Shown: positions 18,431 through 33,683, counted from the stretch's first letter. The stretch: DNA of 64,000 nt from Octopus sinensis (GCF_006345805.1 NC_043005.1:69068001-69132000); one strand, 5' to 3'. Notes: generated by a model from the letters alone, not told the origin. A program made the numbers and translations.

Positions 18431-21400
18431 ATCACCTTTTTAGATGTAATTGGCAAGTCACTTAGAGACTTTGTATCGATGAAATCATTGGTGGAATGAA
18501 CACATTAAAGCATAATGGTTCATAATCTGCTCACATACTGACAAACAATTGTGTTGGATTTAACAGAAAATAAACTAATGGACCGGGCACACATTATCCA
18601 AAGAAGAGGTTAGCTAATACGGGTTAAGACGGATCCTATACAGAAGAAAATCAATGAGACGATGGCACTCGTAAAGGAGCAAATAACGCTTCTTACATGT
18701 GAAGAGATAAATGAAATGTGTGTAACTTGTTATGTGTTTGCAGAATAGAAACAATCGAAGCTATGGTGATGGAAGCGACAATAGTAAACATTTCATTGAA
18801 AGACATGCACATGATAAGGCTGAATAAATATTTGTAACAACAGAGTTTTAAGAGATGAGACTATAAAAAGCGAAATAATGTTATAGGATTAAAGAAAATA
18901 AATTCTAAACAATTCAGACCGAATTAAATCATTGAAAGCGAGATATTTTAAGAGTAAAGATCTTGTGAATAAAACAATTCTGAAGCTACAATTACTTCAT
19001 TTTATAAAAAAGAAAAGGATTAGTCACCAATGTTATGTTATCTATGTTGCTTGGTAGTTGTTAAAGGGTTAGTGCTGCAAACGTAGAGAAAAGGGTAAAG
19101 AAAAGCTATGGCTTATTAGACAGTTTGAACGTGACAAAGAGATAATTAGAAGAGATTTTTGAGTGAAACTGAAACAATGATAATAGACAAAATAAATTGT
19201 TGTCTTTTTTCTTGATCGAAACTTCAGCATACATAAGAACGATTTAATGTAATAATATATCACGCAAATGTTTAGACAATATTCTCCTAGATACAATATC
19301 TCACCAGGTAAACCAGACATTTCTATTAATTGAGAAAAGACATGAAAAAATGAACGCCTGGATACGTGTTCAAAAATTTATCGCTTCCTTCGCATTTACT
19401 GTAAGGGAAATTTGGAATAGAATTTAGAAGAGTCGATTATATAATAGATCAAATCTGTTAAAGCTTTACTAGACTGATCAAAGCTATTAAAGTCTTACTA
19501 GATTTATCGACAAACATGATCAGATGTCTATAACTAGGTACAATGTTATGTGCAATCTATGTAAAATTGCATCAAATTTTGAATACCTCAAGAGCATATG
19601 GGTTCTAGATGTTTTGAACGATGCATCTGAAATCGGTTCATTTCAATGAATGTACAAAGAATACCACACTAGGGGGTCTTTGAACGAATACCTTTCATCA
19701 CTCAAGATCTAAAGAAGACAAAATTGAAATTTATTATCTCTAATTATCTAATTATGTGCCACGATTTGCTATAGGAAGTATTTACAGGCAATTTATTTCC
19801 TGTCAACAAACATGCGATCAATTCATTGAGGCCAAACCAAAACCAATTGAACAAAAGAAGCGCAGAGAACGCTCCCAGAGGACCACAGACTGTTTGATCC
19901 TTGATATGACAGGCATTAGGCTGTTGAGGTCAGTACTAGTAGTGAAATAATGTCATATTCTTGTATTGTGGTGTCACTTAGAATGTTTTATAACTGATAA
20001 CTACATGAACACAATTTATGATCGCATAATGTATTTTCTAGTGCTTCAAGCTTGCAGTGAAGCGGGTGATGAAATTTCCGGTTAGGCAAAACGTACCATC
20101 TCGCCATTTGTTATTTGCAAAGTCTTATATATATATTTGCAAACTCTTACATAAATTCACATTTGAAATCCGTAGACGTTTGCTGAAAAAATAACAGAAA
20201 GGAATTTGGTATTGCAAAATATGTGACGTGTAGATTATATCCATATGTAGGGTGTTCCAGTTTAATACAATAATGCAAATATGTATAAGTATATAGCCAT
20301 ACTGCAACCCGTTCATATCACACATAAGTCATAAAGAATGAAAGTGAAAACAATTTATCTGAACAATCCCGAACTTGCTGGCCTTGTGCTTCTAGTTGAA
20401 GTGATCATTATTATTATTAATGAAAATCTTAATAATATAAAAAAGATAATATCACTAATAATAAGAAAACAACTTGATGAAATAGCAATAAAATATGTTG
20501 TAGATGGACAGACAGCAAATAGCACATGTGAAATAAAGTACTCCCGGAATAAGTGAACATATAACAGTGCCATGTAATTCTATATATAATGGAATTACAT
20601 TTTAAAGACTTATGTTATTGAGATTATATAGCATTCACATACACACAAGACGAAATCTTATATAATGCTTTGTGAAAGTGTTTGGAAGGAAGTTTTAGAA
20701 TTTACCAATAATTAAATACTAGAAATAAGATTACGCCGAAAACAGGTACCTATATCAAATTGAGTTTCGCATTAAACTTCATTCTGCAGAGCAGCAAAAT
20801 CTCGCAACATCACAGAAATTAACACGTATAACCAGACAATTAAACGAAGACTAAATTTTGCTGACTCAGCTCGAGTCAGAGAAATACTTCACCTGTAGGG
20901 AGAAGCGGTAATGGAAATCAATATCTAAATAGTAAAACATCATTTAATACTGAAAGATAAAATGGAGAATTTGAAATAGAGCTACAGGAGGAAAAGATAT
21001 GGAAAATTCAACCTACAAAAACAAAACAAAATTTGCAAGACAAACCATATTCTCAAATGTACACAAAAACATAATCCATTTATTGCTCAAGACAATTTAT
21101 TACACAGGACCAGTCATGCAAAAAAAGTCAATGTTGCACACGTGCATGCGGAACTACAGATAAAAATTACATGAGTATATTTATAAATGTTTATAAATGA
21201 GTATGCCTCTCTGCATCGGTGGTACAATAATTTAGAAATCAATATCATTTGTTTAATTATTACAATCAAATATATTAAAACAATTGACTTCATTTAGATT
21301 GGTGACATTCTAAATCTGCAGAATTTAAAAGAGATATTTTGAACAGTAGAATATTTTAAGATTTGATGAAATGAGAGAAGTTAAACGTTATGGTGAATAA

Positions 21401-23572
21401 TTTAGACTCTGAGAAATGAATTTAAAGCGGTTGTTAAATGTAAAATAGATTATGATCAGTGAGAGAAATACAGAGTTTAAAAGTGCGAAACACAAATACG
21501 CAGATGAAGCAATACATACAGAACGTACAATCACGCGTAAAATTACACAAACCAAATACACATAGTTACGCTTGCATAGGTACACAGTCATGTGCATATA
21601 ATGTTAAATCTTATATGGAAGTGAAGATTAATGTTTAAAGCCATTCAACAATGATTAAGTTCTCCTGGAATATTTTTAAGGGTACTTTACTTTTCGGAAT
21701 GGCGGTTGCGACTTCAAAATTAAATATGATATTTATTGTGTTTCGACATATACACCAATAGGAATGATAGAATTAAAAAAAAACTACGCCTATCTTTCTT
21801 ATGAACTTTTCTCAAATGAAATATCATTGCAAAAGAACATTCAGGTTTTGTTCCAGCATTTACTGTAGGAGACAATTGCCTTCTAAATCCTGTCGTTATC
21901 AGACCGAATTGTGAATTTAATCTACGAAGGTAGATTACATAAAAATTCTTATCAATATGACACGAATGGTAAATCTATGTTATCTTCGTCTCCATTTTAC
22001 TGTATCAATTTTCTGTCGTTTCAATGTAGAATTTCGGTTATTTTTTTCCTTGATCCAACAGAAAGTGTAAGAAAGAGGGGGAGGGAGAGAGGAGGATAGA
22101 GACAAAGGAAAAGAAAGAGGGTGCGGAGAGAGAAAAAGGAAAAAAGAGAGACAGGGGACAGAGCATGAGAGAGAAATTTAATGTAGTTTCAAACAGTATT
22201 CAAATTAAATTAAACGAAATATGATCAATAACGTTGGAGGAAATTGAAATACATAACCTTTTATATATTTTAATAGAGTTACCTGCCATTAACTGTGGGT
22301 GCAGGTATGTCTTATAATATTAAGAACAATAGATTACTCGGTATTTTTTCACATATTTGGTTTGACTATTGCTTTGAATTTTAATATGAAATGGTGACAT
22401 GTATGAAAAGATCGGTTTTTAATTTTTTAATATTTTGCGATATTAGCACATAAAACATCTTGTTAAATTATTCTTCTTCGTTCCTCCCTTTCAACATTTT
22501 CCCTTATTTTCGTTTTCTATACCGTAAATCTAATATACGCACACCACTTATTCTTTATTACAGTTGGTTGTTTTGCTACATTTCTTAAGTAGTATCCATC
22601 TATACTTAGACTTATACCTTGATTCAGGATGTATCATTCTTACGTCAGGTTTCTTATTCTATCAATACTGTAGATAATTTTGTTTAAACTGTCTCTCTCC
22701 CCATCTCCGTTTCTGTATCTCAATAAATTTTATATATAACCTCATCACACTTAAGCAGCGTCATACGGCAAATCCTTATTTTTTTACAGAATTATTGAAC
22801 TACATTAATTTAATTTCATAAATTACATATTGTTCTGGTCATTACGTTTAAATTTAATGAGTTTAATTGATCCTACCCAATGTTTATTCCTCTATTATTT
22901 GTGATCAGTAAGAAATGACAATAAACTTTTATGGTAAATAATAATTGATGAAAACAATACGTAAAACAATAATAATGATTTAACAAAAAATATATTAAAA
23001 ATCATTCATATATATCACCACTTCTAAAATAACAAACACGATAGTGCTTTTGTCCAATATCTCTACAGAATATTCACTAAGTTTATGTTTCCAAAACGAC
23101 ATGCAAAAATGCATTTCTGCAATTGAGAATAAATTTGCAATTATTTGTTTTGGCATTTTTTCAATCACTATACGCATAAAGTGAGATTTAATGTATTATG
23201 AGAGTATGTATTTTGAAACTGTAATCCTATCCTTTATATTATATCTTTATTATTGATTTCAATGTTACTATTAACGCACACTTTTATACAACTGCAGTTA
23301 GATAGTGTATTAGTTATAAGTAAGAATATATAATAGACAAAATATATGATATATCTAGGGATCATCTTAAATGTTTCCATAACAATAAATTGACATGTCT
23401 ATTTGCAATTCATTCTGACTTGGTTTTCATACTTGCTAGTGAAAGATATCATACTTAATTTTATATACAAAACTTTATGTTGAACACACTTTTTTCTTAA
23501 GTAAATCCCTATTTTTTCCGTATATTTCTATATCCCTTCTTTATATATATTTGCATCAAACAATCATTTTTC

Positions 23573-23621
<49 letters not shown>

Positions 23622-23734
23622 CTCTCTCTCTCTATCTATCTATCTAACTATCAACGTATATGACTATGTGTGCGTGATCGTATGTAAATGTGAGTACTTG
23701 TAAATACACACATATATGTATGTATATCACCGTG

Positions 23735-23848
23735 ATCACCGTGATCGACCAGGCTATCAGATGTTGCTACACATCGCTGGTCACAATGCGCTTTGCATTG
23801 TCTTTTAGCCTTCAAGTGACGCCACCCCGCGGTCTAAGGGAGCAGGCC
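23735..23848 (-). mobile_element. Probable SINE/LINE 3' end with (GTGATCACG)-type tail
   Basis: GC-rich segment ending in tandem GATCACGGT repeats on the minus strand; family call from recollection only. Confidence 0.4.
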
Positions 23849-23901
23849 ATATGTATGTGTATATACAAACATATATATGTATATATATATATGCTTGCAT
23901 G

Positions 23902-23947
<46 letters not shown>

Positions 23948-23986
23948 GCTTGCATTTATATATATATACATATACATACATACATA

Positions 23987-24017
<31 letters not shown>

Positions 24018-24119
24018 GGTGTGGCAAGTACCTCAGTGATTAGTGTGTTGTTAGTATCTCAATCACCATATCGTGCTTTAAGTTTTATATTCAATGAAAA
24101 GATTTCTAAAATCTAAGGC

Positions 24120-24640
24120 CAATTAACATCCATGCAGTTGAACAGATCTTGGCGTTACTTGGAGCATTGTGGAGCGTGTTTTTCGCTCCATGGATTGTCG
24201 TTTTGTCTCTGGCTGAAATAGACGTAGCCAACACTAATCCTTGCTTTATAAAACCTTGAAGGAAGCCATCTGAACCTGCATTGAAGTATGTCAGATTTAC
24301 CTATTAAGTGATCAGCTAGGTGCACTTTTGATCCGGTATCAAAACTTCCTAATGCTAACGCCATTGCGCAGAGCATACTCAACTGTTTCACAGAATATCG
24401 TAATAGCATCGGCTATTTGATTTATAGTAAATCGCTTGTTATGCATCAAGACGTTGTGATTACAATCAATATGCTCCTTGGTGGCGTCAGTTCCCTCTTT
24501 GTCACTGTTGAAAATGTTTGAGCGTCATCCCCAAGTATTGCAACTATGTCAGTATAAATGCTCTTGTGGCTAAACCTCTTTTCTGCAGGTACACGGTAAT
24601 CCACGACGCCATGTGTTGTGCAATTTCAAGAAACTTTGGG
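24120..24640 (-). mobile_element. Decayed mariner transposase fragment (N-terminal HTH to start of catalytic domain)
   Basis: Minus translation SIYTDIVAILGDDAQTFSTV, KRFTINQIADAI, LFQPETKRQSMERK match mariner-type motifs. Confidence 0.75.
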
Positions 24641-24785
24641 GAAGCTAGTTACTTTTGAATGCTTTTTTGAACAGTTGAATATCAGTTTAACCGGAAATGT
24701 ACAATGCAGTGTTCAAGAAAAGTGGAAATCATTTCTCTAGCGCCTCCTTGCCTATGACCTCTTTCAGCCCACCCTCGTATATGTG

Positions 24786-24886
<101 letters not shown>

Positions 24887-25011
24887 TATATTAAATTAGA
24901 GATAAAACCACTATTAGGCAAATCATACAATGAAAAACTTAAGCCAATACATAAGATTAATTAATTTATATTATTTAAATATATATAAAAATTATTATAA
25001 AAGATAATTAA

Positions 25012-25087
25012 TGTAACACTACGATCGTTTCATGGCTGTTCAATTCTTAAAATTGTCGAGTTACAGTCATTCTTCAGGTGGTTTACA
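25012..25087 (-). ncRNA. Type I hammerhead ribozyme motif with palindromic helix III
   Basis: Minus strand: UGUAA(AC)CAC-CUGAAGA-stem II (AUGACUGU...ACAGCCAU, inner CAAUU/AAUUG hairpin)-GAAA-CGAUCG-UA-GUGUUACA; full core, cleavage triplet GUA. Confidence 0.8.
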
Positions 25088-25135
25088 TATTTAACTTGGC
25101 GAGGTTAAATATACACACACATATATATATATATG

Positions 25136-26145
25136 GAAAGAATCTTATGAAAAGCTTCTGGAATTCAAAACCATACATCCCAACATCCAATTATGGAATT
25201 CAGCAAACATCATCTCCCTTTCCTTGATCTCCTAATTATAAAAACACCTAAGAACCAAATCATAACAGACAACTACCACAAACCTACAGACTAACAACAA
25301 TACCTACTCTTTAGCTCATGCCACCCAAAACACACCAAGACAAATATCCCTTTCAACTTAGCTAAAAGGGTATTACCATTGTCTCGAGAAATACGCCTTC
25401 GAGGCCTAAAAAAACAGTTACAAAGCCAATATCCCTCCACCCTTATAGAGTATGGAATAAAACGCGCCAAAGAACTAGACAACATTACACTGAAAACCAC
25501 CCAACACAACAACACACACAACCCCCAAATACTTCCATACATTTCCATCCAAAACCCCCAAAATACCGAAGCATACACCACAATCATACAAAACCTCACT
25601 CTACTGTCAACAGACCCAAAAATGAAAAACATTATAAATACACACAAAATCCTCAAATGTAAAAGGCAACACAAATCTTTAAACAAACTCTTGACAAATG
25701 CCACCTTCACACACCAGATCCACCCCCAGCAGTTAAAAAATGTGCACGCCCAAACTGTTGCACCTGCCCCTTCCTACTTGAAAGCTCTGAATTTATCTTC
25801 AAACAAGGAACGAAGTTTAAAATCAAGATCAACTTCTCCTGTTTCTCCGAGAACCTTATCTACGTTCTCACATGCGCCAGTTGCCAACATAATTATGTTG
25901 GACAAACGAGCCTCCCTGTACGTAAAAGAGTAGCGGTCCATTAAGAACAAATAAATCTCCCGGAATACCGGAAAATTCCACTGAGTGGTCACATAGACTC
26001 ATGCGCTAAAGACAAAAATCCCAAATTTTACATATTCCCCTTCTACCAATGTAAAGACGGAATCACCACACAGGAGAGAATTAACAAGGAGAATCTCTTT
26101 ATTGAAAAATTCAAATCTCATCTTAATATGCAAACTCCTCGTTGA
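25136..26145 (+). mobile_element. 5'-truncated Penelope-like retroelement (RT thumb + GIY-YIG endonuclease), decayed
   Basis: LPFLDLL, TDNYHKPTD, SCHPKHTKTNIPFNLAKR, CGTCP, NLIYVLTCASCQHNYVGQT, NLFIEKFKSHLN across frameshifted ORFs including 25379..25933. Confidence 0.9.
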
Positions 26146-26511
26146 TCATACTACTTTTTTCTACCTCATTCTTCATGGATGGACTAATACAAATATATAA
26201 TGATACCATAAAGTCATCACTTCAAGCTAAAACTTATATTCTTTATTTATCATTATTATTATGTTATTATCATTATTATCTTTATTTCTATTATATATGA
26301 CATAACAATCTGAAATGTAATTATAACTTGGTTTATGTAAATTTATATAATTAGAAAACCTTATAATTAAAGTGTTAAAATCTGAATGTTAAGTTAGCTA
26401 ACAATTATATAAAAAAATAAAAAAAGATAATGCAAATGAAGCTAAAATGATAATTTAAGGTTTATTAACACCCTTTATTACCAAAAATTGATAAACCCAA
26501 ATTTTCCCTTG

Positions 26512-26551
<40 letters not shown>

Positions 26552-26611
26552 AATATACAGACACATATATATATACATATACACATACATATATATACAT
26601 ACATACACACA

Positions 26612-26679
<68 letters not shown>

Positions 26680-29600
26680 GAGTAAAAGTACGTATGTATA
26701 TATTTGCGAATACAGTTTATGGTACAGCAATGTAATTGCATTCATATTTTAGTTTCAGGCTTAGCACAGAAGGAATTACCTCCTTACATACATAATTCGT
26801 TCTTCTCAGGTTGTGATATAAAACAATTAACAGATATTTTTCTGTTCTAAACTACAGTATTGATAATTTATCTCTTTGATAAGGGCCAAGACATGTTTTA
26901 TATATTAATGATTATTTTTAATTCAGTATATCTGAATTCATTAAGGGAATACTTGGTTATATGATTAAAGGTTCATACATTATACCATTATTCGGAGTAA
27001 GTGATGTTTTAAAAATTCTTCACTGAAAATGTATACTCTTCATTGCTGAATGCTTTTATTGTTTCATATTGCTAAAGCTCCATATTTCACTGAGGCGTAA
27101 CGTTTGAATTCCATAAATACTCATTGTCACTGAGCTTATCTTGATAACTCAATCCCACCATTTAGTGTTACTAATGAGTTGAATGTTACTAGATAGGCGG
27201 AATGACAATCATACAGATTACATTTTATGATGCTAGCGTTTACAGATGCTGTTCATTTTCTTTTGCAAATGATTTAAGTAACCTATCATGCTATTTATCC
27301 CTTTGGGCTCCCGCTTCCAATGTGTATGTGTATAGTGAATGGGTGCACATAAGGAAAGCTATATATTAGGAACAATTACGTATGATGAGCCGTATGGCGC
27401 TTCATGCTTATCAACAGAGCATCACTCCCGAATATATTGAATTCTGCAAATTCGAGATTAATAGAAACATTAATAGCACAAATAAAGAAAGGAATAAAAC
27501 AAATGCCCAAAGAGTTCACACACAGCAGAAAAGGCATTACACTTTTTGTAATGGGGAAGAAGAAACAAACTGCACAATGAAGCAATAGAACGCAAGACCA
27601 TGGAAACACCTTTAGCAATAAATGAATTATGCTTTTGTGTACATTTGAGAATATGGTTTGTCTTGCAGATTTTGTTTTGTTTTTGTAGGTTGAACTTTCG
27701 ATGATTTCTTTTCGTCCTTTAGCTCTATTTTAAATTCTCTATTTTAAAATAATTTCAAAATTGCAATTGATAATAAACTATCAGACATCATACAATAGTT
27801 TTGTCTCAAATCGTACCTTCGGTAAAGTTGAATAAAACATTTAGCATGACATTTATAGATGGAATTGGCGGAAACACTTCTCCAAATTTTATGTCACCAC
27901 CCGCAGATAAGTTCCAACAACAAAAAGAAATGGCGGGGGTGGATAACAATATAAAGAAAAAAATTACGGTATCTTAAGGTAAAGTTTAATTATCAACATT
28001 CCCTATAATCTCCGCAATATAGTGTACACGACTTTTCTACACAACGAGGAAGAACTATGTCTAAAACTATCATGAAATAGTTTAATATAATATAACGGAA
28101 GCATCGAAATAAAGTATGAATGAATTAAAATTTCATGTGAGTCATTTTGCATACGATTTTAAAGCTACGAATAAATTAAGATATTATAACAGTAGAATTA
28201 TTTTCCCAGTAACGTGGGCTACCAATGTTAAATATTAATGCTTGAAAAGCGCATTGAATATCGTCTTGATGATATAACTAATACAACTCTCTACATGATG
28301 TCCACTCCGACTCAGATAAGAAACAAATAAAACCTTCCATCCCAAACAGTGAACTTCCTGCTGCAACCTGGAAACAATCATGTGTATTTTGAATTACATT
28401 TGGAAATAACATATAAAAGAATGAAAGCATTACATGTGTATTACTTAGCAGTTAGAATAAGTCTAGGACTGCTAAATCTCGGAAGAAATTTTTATATAAT
28501 ATTTTAAGTCACAGAAATGAAATCCTAAACAATATTTTGCAATGTATCGTATGTCAAATGAGAGTTGCAATCACGTAATAAACATCCATCTCCTCATTCT
28601 ATACTCCTCAACACTTAGTTGAATTCTATAACAATAAAAGTATTTATCCAAATCATTAAGGTCATTATCAGTGATGATCTGTAATTATGATTGCATGATA
28701 TATGACAATAACTATATATGTATGTATATATATATATATATACATAATATGTAATATTATATATATATATATATATATAATATTACGTATTAGATATTTA
28801 TGAATATATGTATGAAACATAATATAATTATTTGCATAATATATGTTCCCACTGAGAGTTCTGAGAGTTAGAATTAATACAATATAAATTACAGGCATGA
28901 TCATTAATTCCAGAGAAGCGATCACGAACAGCAAATGCTTTTCATTATGAAATACAACTTTTCTGCTTAATTGCTTCTTTCATATAATCGACTTTACTAA
29001 GGACATTTATCTTCATTATTTAACGTATTTGTATGCAGTATGCTCAGATGTACAATACTTAGCGAAACGCAAGGAAGGAATCAACATTGCATGAAACGGA
29101 AATTATTACTAAATGTTTAATTTCTGTTTAAGCAAGAAATTTATTCAGAACTTCCTCAACGAGATCTTTCTGTTTTGGATGCGAATATATACACGGCGCA
29201 CTAATAGAGAATTCACCGGGTTAAATAACGTGCACAAGTTAACGTCAATCTTTCGGAGATTTCTATGTATTACTCTTAGGTATACAGATTAAGTAGCGTC
29301 TTTAAACCTTGGTTTATTCGCTAGATTACATTTATTGCAAGCATATGCAAATAGTTTTACATTATGTTTTAGCTTCTGTGTCGTATCATCGCCTTTCTAT
29401 TACAAACAATATATCTGAAATTTTGGAAAAGATTAAATTCGCTGTCACATCAATTAAATATCAATTAAATTCGCTGTCACATCAATTAAACAAATGCACA
29501 TCAATTCTAATGAAACAGTAACAAAAGACTTTCCATTGTGCCATTTCTATTGACACTCCGAGATGAACGGTTTAGAATATGTTACTCTTCATCACGTTAT

Positions 29601-32020
29601 ATAACCGATGACAGATCATACACTCGTAGTGAGTAAATGTTTAAATGTTTAAAAGGCCAATATAACTTCTACAATAAACCCAGCTCGTAATTATTTAATT
29701 GAGCCCGATAGAATAACAGGCGCAGTCCACGTCGGAGTAATTTTATCTCAGTACTACTTCAGAAGAACTGTAAAAGCAAATTAGAATGGATTTTCTTGGC
29801 CCCGTGTGTAAAGTAGGGAGGCGTCGATTTAATAAGTAGCTACTACTTCCATGTCATGCCTTGATGGCAAATTGAATGAAATAAAGTAGCGACTGCATGT
29901 ACTTACAAGTTAATAGTCTGTATGCCGCTACAGAGATGGTGCAGTATTCTTCAGGCTTTCTGATGTTGTTGCTGTTGTTCTGATCGTTATTGTTGTTGTT
30001 ATTAGTATTATTACTTATACGGTATACTTAGTAATCTGATAAATAATTGTTAAATCAGGTGTAATTCTAGTAGAAATTGCAGACAACTTTTGAAATTATT
30101 CCTTCCATTCGATTTATCCTACAGCTCAAGATTCAAGGTAATGTCCGAAGTTTGTACAATTGGAGAAGTAAATACTGCTGTATAACGAACAATATGTAGG
30201 TAATGTATTATCTGACTCAGCAATATTTAAAGAATATTTCTTCTACCATAAAATTAATTTACATTAATTTGCGCCTAACTTATTATGTCGCAGAATATAA
30301 GTCACGTAAAAATGTTAATGCACCGCATAGCTTCTAATTAACATAAAGTGTTTATTTGATTAATATATTAAAGTGATTCACTGAGAAATCTTTTATTAGA
30401 TATATAAACAAATAAATGTATGTATGGATTCATAGTACAAAGAAACATTTATCCAGGGGGATTGCTTGATGATTTCATTGCAATTCAGTTTCTGTCTTTC
30501 TTCATTACAAAAAAAACAACATATATATAATTGTATAATTTTCCTTGCTACTGTTAGCACGATACACACAGTAAAAGAGATGCTACTTAGTTTGTTTAGT
30601 GTAAAAAGAAATAATTGAATAGAAAACGGGAAACGTAAGCAATAGTTTCTGTTTCCAGTTATTGCTGATATATCTATAAGAACTACATTGCTTGATGTGT
30701 TCTTTTGGTGTTTTTGGAGATTATAATTCACAACTTGTTGCAAAATTCAATGCGATTTCTGGAGTCCAAAGAACTCGGGCACTATGCCGATAGAAAAAGT
30801 TCTCATCAGGTAATGCCTTATTTTTCAAATCTACTTTAACAACATTCTTAGAATTGATTATCGCATTTTTCTGACATATCTATTAGTACAGAATCCGAAA
30901 AATTATTCATTTACTCAACTGTGGAATGTTAATTCTTTCATTTAAATATCTGTTGAAAGCCAGGTTATTCGAACATCTAACTGCATATTTTTGAAAGTGG
31001 AAACACAGTGTATCTGTTTCATATTTTATGATTTTCTTGGATATCTTAAAATTATACTGTTATATAATAAGTCTACATTTATATAATACGTTTCTATTCA
31101 GCCATTCATTTCGTACTGTATAGTCCAAAATGAAATCAATATACATATCTCATGTCTGTCAAATATGATACCGGAACTCTCAGGAAGCTGGTGATTAAGT
31201 TAATGGAATTAGTGGCGTCAATAATTCAAACTAATTGAAAACGGAATAGACTTATGAATTAAGCTTGGAAGCCATTATTTTACTGCACTAATTACGGTGA
31301 ATCACATAGAATATCAAACATCTATATCTGCATTGTTGTTTCAGTATAAGGAAGATTAATATTAGCAGTATTAGAATATAAACTACAATAATCCTTTATA
31401 ACGATTGAAGTCATTTTTCTAATATCTAATATCGCCCACAAAAAAAGAAAATGATGTTCCTATGATCATAGATCTAATAATTAAAACATTACGATAAATT
31501 CACATAGAATATCACAAAAAAGGCAATGTTGTATGTACGATGTAAACCGCGTCATTTATACAAATGTATTCCAGCAGAGGAATACATTTGTAAAAGAAAA
31601 AAGGATAGTGAAATAATTCTCAAATGCAGAATAAATCATATATATACTACAATGAAATATTGTATATAATTTAATACGTACACATAAACCCAATCATATT
31701 CAAATATTCACATATAGACATGTACACCGCCACGCAGATACGCAGATACAGTCATGTGCACGCATAAGGAATCTTCTGTGTGTGTGTGTATAAGTAAGAT
31801 TCAATTGAGGCACCTAGTTGTGTCGGAATAATATACGTACAAAATAATATTATGTAAATATCAAACTGGGCACATAAATATCACCCGAATGATATTCATA
31901 TAGGGTATTTAGACAATTACACCAAGTTGAGCAAAAGATTCGTTCTTGAGCTATTGAGTCATGTATATTATATTGAATATATTTACGAACGGCAGATCCC
32001 GCGAATGAAATAAATAAGTA

Positions 32021-32674
32021 TAAATAAGTATCAGTAGAGGTACAAGTGTTAATCCATTACCACCGTTTATAACAACTCCTTTAGTTTATTAATGAAAACA
32101 CAGCCTTATAAAGAAACCGTTTTCGTTAGATGAATTCATGAACTTTAAATTTAGGGTACATTCAAAATGCTTTAACATACTTTATAATCCACTGACCAGT
32201 AGATAATAAACAAAAAAGCGTTAAAAGATAAATCAAAGACTGACTGAACCACGCCCTCCTTTTTTGTTAGAATTAGAGATAACTGTGTTACTGGAGTCAA
32301 TTATTCCCCCACCTAACAATTTTATTACCCTCAGTCTATTTCTGTTCTGATTGAATATACAGTATTCTGGTAAATCCATTCTGTCAACTGAACTAGCGGC
32401 ACAGTCACTGAAAATGTTTTGCTCCATGGATTTTAAACTATGTTCAATCATTTTGAATATCCCTAATTTTGACGTTCATGAATTCATCTCACGAAAACAT
32501 ATTATATAAAACATTTATATAAAATTGTTTATGTATTGGATTAAGTCTTTCTTTGTTTGATTTGCATAATAGTGGTTTTGTCTCTAATTAATATTATATT
32601 ATATTTTACTATAAAATTGGATTCAATCCTAAATCTGATTTTTCCCTGTAAATTTGGATTTATTCCCTAATATT

Positions 32675-32745
<71 letters not shown>

Positions 32746-33539
32746 TTATATATATATATTTATATATATAATATATGTATGTATGTATAAATGTGCTCCG
32801 CCTGGTGAAAGATAAATATTATTCAATAGGCAAAATATATAAATAAGTATCAGTAGAGGTACAAGTGTTAATCCATTACCACCGTTTATAACAACTCCTT
32901 TAGTTTATTAATGAAAACACAGCCTTATAAAGAAACCGTTTTCGTTAGATGAATTCATGAACTTTAAATTTAGGGTACATTCAAAATGCTTTAACATACT
33001 TTATAATCCACTGACCAGTAGATAATAAACAAAAAAGCGTTAAAAGATAAATCAAAGACTGACTGAACCACGCCCTCCTTTTTTGTTAGAATTAGAGATA
33101 ACTGTGTTACTGGAGTCAATTATTCCCCCACCTAACAATTTTATTACCCTCAGTCTATTTCTGTTCTGATTGAATATACAGTATTCTGGTAAATCCATTC
33201 TGTCAACTGAACTAGCGGCACAGTCACTGAAAATGTTTTGCTCCATGGATTTTAAACTATGTTCAATTATTTTGAATATCCCTAATTTTGACGTTCATGA
33301 ATTCATCTCACGAAAACATATTATATAAAACATTTATATAAAATTTATATAAAACATTTATATAAAATTGTTTATGTATTGGATTAAGTCTTTCTTTGTT
33401 TGATTTGCATAATAGTGGTTTTGTCTCTAATTAATATTATATTATATTTTACTATAAAATTGGATTCAATCCTAAATCTGATTTTTCCCTGTAAATTTGG
33501 ATTTATTCCCTAATATTTATTATTATATATATATATAAT

Positions 33540-33631
<92 letters not shown>

Positions 33632-33683
33632 AAATGTGCTCCGCCTGGTGAAAGATAAATATTATTCAATAGGCAAAATATAT
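32021..33683. repeat. Near-identical tandem duplication, period 819 bp (32021-32839 / 32840-33683)
   Basis: Both copies start TAAATAAGTATCAGTAGAGG and end AGGCAAAATATAT; they differ by a few substitutions, a ~19-bp internal duplication and (AT)n length. Confidence 0.95.
32119..32498. repeat. ~50-bp imperfect inverted repeat enclosing ~280 bp (second copy 32938-33317)
   Basis: GTTTTCGTTAGATGAATTCATGAAC...CATTCAAAATG versus CATTTTGAATATCC...GTTCATGAATTCATCTCACGAAAAC. Confidence 0.85.

Noticed and set aside
19790-19910. Frame ending ...NQLNKRSAENAPRGPQTV*, reminiscent of a neuropeptide precursor
   Set aside because: Short, weak splice context, no signal peptide or repeated peptide motif
26305-26370. 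Hairpin followed by GAAA downstream of the PLE ORF, where a pLTR hammerhead is expected
   Set aside because: Core too degenerate (CTGAAATG) to call
30659-30809. Plus-strand exon-like segment with TTTCCAG acceptor and CAG|GTAATG donor
   Set aside because: All three frames from that acceptor contain stops; no linked exons
32233-32451. 72-aa ORF present twice (also 33052..33246) as a possible gene
   Set aside because: Recurrence is due to the 819-bp duplication; no recognisable domain and the first ATG is lost in copy 2
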